Part shown: positions 58,755-64,000 of the stretch, one piece after another
Position numbering within the stretch: position 1 is the stretch's first letter
Layout of the letters: every line of letters begins with the position of its first letter
Assembly (NCBI GenBank): GCA_025061115.1
Contig: JANZKC010000002.1
Coordinates: forward strand, 288,001-352,000
Source: Candidatus Culexmicrobium cathedralense
Lineage (GTDB): Archaea; Thermoproteota; Methanomethylicia; Culexarchaeales; Culexmicrobiaceae
Length of the DNA stretch: 64,000 nucleotides
Direction of reading: 5' to 3'
Position numbers and translations under genes: made by a program
Notes under the pieces: model-generated
The model's database searches: none
The model's input: only the letters and a program-made list of their open reading frames with translations
Told to the model about the DNA's origin: nothing

Positions 58755-59843
58755 ATGCTCACCCTAAAGAACTTGGAAAGCTACTTAAGTGAAGTTTACT
58801 GTGGAAAAGTAAAAATAATTGGAATAGGCGAGCTAGGCGAAAAAATTGAAGAAGCTAAGAAGCTGAAGGGCTTCGGCTACGGTAAGCCTTACATAATCAA
58901 ATTTGAAGTCAATGGCGCCGCCAGAGAAGTCGTCTTAAGCACTGTAAAGCCAAGCATATTCGACCACCAACACTTCTCCGATAGAGCCAGAATACTGCTG
59001 TGGCAACACCACGCATTCAACAAGCTGCCTAAGCACGTAAAATCAATAGATGTTGGAGCATTCACAGTTAATGGCAAAATGATATCACTTGGAAAATGCA
59101 TAGAGTTCTTCATTTTAACTGAAAAGGTTGAAGGCACCTTATACCACGTCGACTTGGATAGAATAAAAGCTAGAGGCGAACTATCAAATCTCGACATTGA
59201 AAGATGCAAAGCCTTAGCCAAATACTTAGTTGACATCCACCGGGTAAAGGGCACCGACCCCTCACTCTACCATAGAAGAATTAGAGAACTAATAGGCCAT
59301 GGAGAGTGCATCATGGGGTTAATCGACAGCTATCCAACCAATCTCAGCTACGTTAATCAACAATTCTTTATCGAAGTGGAAAGAAAATGCATAGAGTGGA
59401 GATGGAAGCTGAAAAGAAAAGCTCATAGGCTAAGCCAAGTCCACGGCGACTACCACCCATGGAACATAATGTTCAGAGAAGGAACCAAATTCTCCCTCCT
59501 CGATCGAAGTCGAGGTGAGTGGGGCGAACCTGCAGACGACGTAACCGCACTAACAATAAACTACATATTCTATAGCTTGCAAGCCCACGGAAGACTTGAA
59601 GGAGCGTTCGAAAGGCTCTTCAAAATATTCTGGGAAACATATCTGAACTCAACTGGAGATGATGAAATACTCCAAGTTGTCCAGCCATTCTATGCTTGGA
59701 GAGGGTTAGTTGTAGCTTCACCAATATGGTATCCAACGCTACCATTAGAAGTTAGAGCAAAACTTCTCAACTTCATAAAAAACGTGCTTCAAACCGAAAA
59801 ATTCGACATCAAAGATGTAAATCAATACCTGGAGGAAAATTAA
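58755..59843 (+). CDS. APH/choline kinase-like phosphotransferase
   Basis: VHGDYHPWNI, LLDRSRG, GEPADD. Confidence 0.85.
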   Translation: MLTLKNLESYLSEVYCGKVKIIGIGELGEKIEEAKKLKGFGYGKPYIIKFEVNGAAREVVLSTVKPSIFDHQHFSDRARILLWQHHAFNKLPKHVKSIDVGAFTVNGKMISLGKCIEFFILTEKVEGTLYHVDLDRIKARGELSNLDIERCKALAKYLVDIHRVKGTDPSLYHRRIRELIGHGECIMGLIDSYPTNLSYVNQQFFIEVERKCIEWRWKLKRKAHRLSQVHGDYHPWNIMFREGTKFSLLDRSRGEWGEPADDVTALTINYIFYSLQAHGRLEGAFERLFKIFWETYLNSTGDDEILQVVQPFYAWRGLVVASPIWYPTLPLEVRAKLLNFIKNVLQTEKFDIKDVNQYLEEN

Positions 59844-60398
59844 ATGGCAAAGGGATGGTGCGTCTGGATAACCGGCCTCCCGGGCAGCGGCAAGTCAACT
59901 ATAGCCAGAATTCTCCTAAAAATGCTTCAAGAAAGGGGAATCAAAGCTCAAATAGTCTCATCAGACGCTCTAAGAAAGCTCGCCACGCCCAAGCCCAAAT
60001 ACACTGAAGAAGAAAGAGACATAGTGTATGGAGCACTCGTATACGCAGCCAAGGTACTAACCGAAAACGGAGTCAACGTAATTATCGACGCAACCGGAAA
60101 CAAGAGGAAGTACAGAGAAATGGCGAGAAGGGAAATTGAGAAATTCATGGAAGCCTACCTCAAATGCCCATTAGAAACATGCATTGAAAGGGAATTAAGC
60201 AGAAAAGAAACGCATTACGCACCAAGAGGAATATACATGAAAGCTCTAACTGGAGAAAGCAAGACAGTTCCAGGCCTAGGCGCTCCATATGAAGAGCCAA
60301 AGAGTCCAGAGGTCATCATCAACACTGAAGAAAAACCACCAGAAGAGAGTGCAGGAGAAATTCTGAAACTAATTTTAAGTAAATTTGAGAAAATGTAG
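59844..60398 (+). CDS. Adenylyl-sulfate kinase-like P-loop kinase
   Basis: WITGLPGSGKST, D.LR, IIDAT, YLKCPL, PG...PYEEP. Confidence 0.82.
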   Translation: MAKGWCVWITGLPGSGKSTIARILLKMLQERGIKAQIVSSDALRKLATPKPKYTEEERDIVYGALVYAAKVLTENGVNVIIDATGNKRKYREMARREIEKFMEAYLKCPLETCIERELSRKETHYAPRGIYMKALTGESKTVPGLGAPYEEPKSPEVIINTEEKPPEESAGEILKLILSKFEKM

Positions 60399-60451
60399 CT
60401 TAAGCAGTAGAGGTAATAAGTTCAAAAAATAATAAAGTTGTTGGGGGTGCC

Positions 60452-61243
60452 ATGAGCGCAATTCAAGAGCTAAAAAACGAGATATCGAAAACCCAAATCA
60501 TAATGCTAGTTGGAGGAAAGGGAAAACGATTAGGATACCCAAACATCCCCAAAGCACTAATCGAAGTTGCAGGAAAAACTCTCATCGAAAGAGAAATTGA
60601 GCTATATAGAGACTGCGGCTTCAAGAAATTCAAACTTCTAATCGGCCACCTAGGCGAGAAAATAATTAATTACATAGGAGACGGGTCAAAGCTGGGAGTA
60701 GAAGTAGAGTATGCGGAAGACCCTAAAATAGCAAATGTCGGAAAAGGAAAAGCTCTCAAACACGCAATTGAAATCGGAGTCATAGAGGCAAATTCAAGAG
60801 GAATAATAACTTTTCCAGACGACCTAAAGCTAGACAAGTTCCTACCACTAAAACTCATGGCCCACCACCTTTACGGAGTTGAAGAACTCGACATATGGGC
60901 GACAACCCTACTAGTGACATCCACAACGTACCCATATGGAGTAGCAAAGGTAAATCCAAATGGAATAGTTGAAGAATTCGTTGAAAAACCAAAAATTTCA
61001 ATGTTCACCCACGTAGGAGTATGCGTAGTCGAACCTCAAGTCTACAAATTAATAGATGATGCAATTGACATGCAGGCGCCCGAAGCAATTGAATATGAAG
61101 CAGTGATTCTACCTAAACTAGCAAGAGAGAAGAAGCTTTTCAGCATGACAATACCCGGCGACGATAGAAGCATTTGGATTCCAATAAACACTAGAAAGGA
61201 ACTTGAAATTGCTGAGAAAAAGTTAAGATTAAAAGGTAGGTAA
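60452..61243 (+). CDS. Sugar-phosphate nucleotidyltransferase
   Basis: GGKGKRL, PKALIEVAGK, YIGDGSKLGV, YGV, FVEKP. Confidence 0.85.
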   Translation: MSAIQELKNEISKTQIIMLVGGKGKRLGYPNIPKALIEVAGKTLIEREIELYRDCGFKKFKLLIGHLGEKIINYIGDGSKLGVEVEYAEDPKIANVGKGKALKHAIEIGVIEANSRGIITFPDDLKLDKFLPLKLMAHHLYGVEELDIWATTLLVTSTTYPYGVAKVNPNGIVEEFVEKPKISMFTHVGVCVVEPQVYKLIDDAIDMQAPEAIEYEAVILPKLAREKKLFSMTIPGDDRSIWIPINTRKELEIAEKKLRLKGR

Positions 61244-61401
61244 TAGAGGCGAAAAACAACAAATGGCTAAAAAGCAATTCACCACTTGACAATTAGCCGT
61301 AAAGCTTCTCCCCAGCCAATATTTGAAAATCACGGTTTCCTAGCTTAAGAGAGAATTAAAGCCTGCAGGGAAATAGAAAGCCCCTGGCTGAAAACTTCCC
61401 A

Positions 61402-62019
61402 TTATTTGAAAGATTCTATGCCAGGAAATCTTCGCTTCACAACATTGTAGATAAGTATTCCAGGGACGATTGTGAGAATCACATGAATGCTATTGTAAAT
61501 TCCAGTGAAAATTAAAGTCCAAGTCAAAGTTTGACCAGAGTCTAAGGGGTGACCAAAAAATTGCTGCAACAAATAAGTTGCGTAATCCAAGTATGCTGGA
61601 GCTATGAGCAAAAGAACTACGATATTGAAGATCGACATTACCACCACCCTCAAAACACCTCCAGCAAGACAGCAAGCAATTACATAAGCTCTAAAATTAG
61701 GATTCTTAGCAATCCTCCTACCCACACTTGAAGCCACCCAAAAGCCAGCCAGCATCGAAGCTACAGCAGCAAATTTCATGGTTGGACCAAGGACGTCGCC
61801 AGCCCTATAAATTAGAAAAAGCCAATGGATCACAGCCGTAGTAAAACCTGAAAATGGATTAACCAGGAAAAATGCAATTACGCTTGGAATTTCAGCGAAG
61901 TCAAACTTCAAATATGGAAGGACAGGATAAACAACTTCAAGCCTAGAGATAGTTATAACTATCGCCAAAGCAGCTAAAATAGCCGTAAGCGTTACAGCCA
62001 CACTGCTGCGCATGCTCAC
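61402..62019 (-). CDS. ECF transporter S component (RibU/PanT-like)
   Basis: PVLPYLKFDFAEIP motif, about 6 TM helices. Confidence 0.82.
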   Translation of the reverse strand: MSMRSSVAVTLTAILAALAIVITISRLEVVYPVLPYLKFDFAEIPSVIAFFLVNPFSGFTTAVIHWLFLIYRAGDVLGPTMKFAAVASMLAGFWVASSVGRRIAKNPNFRAYVIACCLAGGVLRVVVMSIFNIVVLLLIAPAYLDYATYLLQQFFGHPLDSGQTLTWTLIFTGIYNSIHVILTIVPGILIYNVVKRRFPGIESFK

Positions 62020-62055
62020 ACCCGCTCACTAAACGCAGAATCAGCAATATAAGCA

Positions 62056-62091
62056 TTACCATTTTTGAGTATTTACTCAAAAATGAGTAAA
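62056..62091. promoter_or_regulatory. Palindromic operator(s) between the ECF S gene and the GNAT gene
   Basis: Perfect IR CATTTTTGAGTA-TT-TACTCAAAAATG (62060-62085) overlapping TTTACTCA-AAAA-TGAGTAAA (62072-62091). Confidence 0.7.
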
Positions 62092-62141
62092 ATACAACTC
62101 CTATTTATGCTATAAGTTGAAAGTAATAATGGGGAAACAAG

Positions 62142-62651
62142 ATGGTGATAATTCGAGAATTTAACAATGAAGACTTGGAAGATGTGAAGCTATTCGCCCT
62201 ATTAGCTCAAAAAAGGGAAAGCACTTACAATCCAAACCTCAAAACTGATGAAGAGGCTTATAACTTCCTACATGCATGGCTGAGAGAAAGCATATCCACC
62301 GGCGGAAAAATATTCGTAGCTGAAGAGCAAGGAGAAAACGTAGGATTTGCATGGGGTTGGATTATTCGCAAACCCTCAGAGCTATATAAAGTAGAGCGCA
62401 TCGGCTATATCTACCAAGTCTACGTTAAGGAAGAGAAGAAAAGAGAGATAAGGGAAAAGCTTCTTTCAGAGCTAATTAGGTACTTCAAGGAAAAAAGGAT
62501 AAAGCACGTTATTGCAGACTGCTACGCAAATGACCTTGAAACCATTAAATTATATGAAAAATTCGGATTTAGACCCCAAGCACTAACGCTGATGAGGAGG
62601 CTTAAAAATGATGGAGAAGAAGCTACATCTGGCAACGTTCGACCGTTATGA
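62142..62651 (+). CDS. GNAT-family acetyltransferase
   Basis: IFVAE..GE.VGF, GYIYQVYV, LYEKFGF. Confidence 0.85.
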   Translation: MVIIREFNNEDLEDVKLFALLAQKRESTYNPNLKTDEEAYNFLHAWLRESISTGGKIFVAEEQGENVGFAWGWIIRKPSELYKVERIGYIYQVYVKEEKKREIREKLLSELIRYFKEKRIKHVIADCYANDLETIKLYEKFGFRPQALTLMRRLKNDGEEATSGNVRPL

Positions 62652-63366
62652 TAGGCAATTAAAAATATTAGGAATTGAGGGACAGCGAAAGCTGATGAAA
62701 GCCAAAGTCATGATAGCTGGAGTCGGTGGATTAGGATGCGTTTCAGCAATCCTCCTTGCGGTAGCTGGAATTGGAAAATTAGTGCTAGTTGACAAGGGAA
62801 AAGTAGAAATGAGCAACTTAAACAGACAAATACTATACACTCCAAAAGACGTAGGGAAGTTCAAAGCACCAATCGCCGCAAGAGCAATCAAAAAGTTAAA
62901 TCCAAACGTGGAAGTCGAACATGTAATAGCTGAAATCAACGAAGATAATGTTGATGATCTTACTAGAAATGTGGATTTAGTTGTAGATGGAATGGACAAT
63001 TACGAAGGAAGATTTCTGCTCAATAAAACCTGCATAAAATTTGGAAAACCATTCATTCATGGTGCAATTCACGGATTTATGGGACAGCTAATGACCATAA
63101 TCCCAAATAAGGGGCCTTGCCTTCAATGCATCATACCAACATACCCGCCCAAACCCGACACAATTCCAGTTCTATCAGCCACACCTTCAGTCATAGCTAG
63201 CTTGGAAGCCATGGAAGCGATAAAGGTTATCACTGGAGTTGGGGAGCCAGCATTAGGAAAATTAATGGTTTTTGATGGAGAGAAAATGAAGTTCTATGAA
63301 ATAAGAGCTGTTAAAAATCCTAACTGCCCAATTTGCGGAAAAAATAGTGGAAAGGAAATCACTTAG
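62608..63366 (+). CDS. ThiF/MoeB/E1-like adenylyltransferase
   Basis: RYDRQ, GVGGLG, VEMSNLNRQ, DGMDN, CLQC and CPIC Zn pairs. Confidence 0.92.
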   Translation: MMEKKLHLATFDRYDRQLKILGIEGQRKLMKAKVMIAGVGGLGCVSAILLAVAGIGKLVLVDKGKVEMSNLNRQILYTPKDVGKFKAPIAARAIKKLNPNVEVEHVIAEINEDNVDDLTRNVDLVVDGMDNYEGRFLLNKTCIKFGKPFIHGAIHGFMGQLMTIIPNKGPCLQCIIPTYPPKPDTIPVLSATPSVIASLEAMEAIKVITGVGEPALGKLMVFDGEKMKFYEIRAVKNPNCPICGKNSGKEIT

Positions 63367-63712
63367 TAGTTATTGTGTAGTAGCAGCCAAGCGGCTTTAG
63401 TGCCTCATCAATCTTAGCAATGAGCTTCTGAAGCTCTTCAAAAGTTGGAGGTCTAGCCCACTCAAAGTAGAAGTCGAAGTCACCAAGCGTCCAACCACTC
63501 TTACTAATAAGCTTCTCCACACGCACCTGCGCCTCATCAACCGGTATGTTAAGAGTTTCTGCAGCATAGTCAGCTAGAGGAATAGCAGTTCCACCCAAAA
63601 AGTCGTAGAATGTAACTTCTGGAAACTCCTTAGAAATCTCAACTGCAGCTTTCTCAAGAGCTTTAAGTGCTTCTAGAATTGGCGGCCCATAAATTTTAAT
63701 GTAAGTCTTCAT
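63359..63712 (-). CDS. Hypothetical protein (paralog A)
   Basis: ORF ending GDFDFYFEW...LGCYYTITTK; homologous to the adjacent ORF. Confidence 0.75.
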   Translation of the reverse strand: MKTYIKIYGPPILEALKALEKAAVEISKEFPEVTFYDFLGGTAIPLADYAAETLNIPVDEAQVRVEKLISKSGWTLGDFDFYFEWARPPTFEELQKLIAKIDEALKPLGCYYTITTK

Positions 63713-63996
63713 AGCAATTCCCAAAAGTTTTATCTCAAGCCAGCGATATTAATGTTATGTTGCTTAGAAAGCATGAGCGAAGTTCATCTAACTATAACTC
63801 AAACGATAATTTAAGTAAAAAGAAGAAAAACGGAATTAAGCTACTTTGTAGTTATAGTGTATTTGCAACCTAAAGTCTTCATCACTTCATCAATTTTAGA
63901 GATCAACTTTTGAAGCTGCTTAATTGTAGGTTGAGAAGCCCACTCAAAGTAGAAGTCGAAGTCACCAAGCGTCCAACCACTCTTACTAATAAGCTT
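63455..63996. repeat. 60-bp perfect direct repeat (63455-63514 = 63937-63996) within tandem paralogs
   Basis: agcccactcaaagtagaagtcgaagtcaccaagcgtccaaccactcttactaataagctt occurs twice. Confidence 0.95.
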
Positions 63997-64000
63997 TTGA
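63841..64000 (-). CDS. Hypothetical protein (paralog B, C-terminal part; runs off window)
   Basis: Translates to ..QKLISKSGWTLGDFDFYFEWASQPTIKQLQKLISKIDEVMKTLGCKYTITTK*. Confidence 0.8.
   Translation of the reverse strand, partial: QKLISKSGWTLGDFDFYFEWASQPTIKQLQKLISKIDEVMKTLGCKYTITTK

Overview
Gene-dense chromosomal segment of a TACK-type archaeon (inferred from GINS23-MCM linkage, EF-2 outside a str operon, a BHB intron at a non-canonical tRNA site, and archaeal class III signal peptides). Left to right it holds: moaA (partial), truA, rfcL/rfcS, and a gins23-mcm-hel308-PAC2-hsp20 operon. A ~14 kb type IV pilus-like surface locus follows (ATPase, TadC-type platform, about six pilin-like genes, two large Ig-repeat proteins), with a divergent coiled-coil / wHTH-Tubby-like / pilin block. 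Next are HDAC, pncB and tRNA-Pro(GGG), then a compositionally foreign block (two amidohydrolases, one catalytically degenerate, plus a Dpp/Opp ABC system). An RNA-processing neighbourhood follows (cca, thpR, rnz, trm11, an orphan radical SAM, tandem amrS, intron-containing tRNA-Gly, pelota, a box C/D sRNA), then EF-2 flanked by two unannotated Glu/Trp microproteins, an APH-kinase / APS-kinase-like / nucleotidyltransferase cluster, an ECF S component with a palindromic operator, GNAT-ThiF, and a tandem paralog pair. The + strand is visibly A/C-rich regardless of gene direction. No CRISPR array, integrase, transposase or intein was seen. All calls come from reading motifs by eye; no database searches were run.
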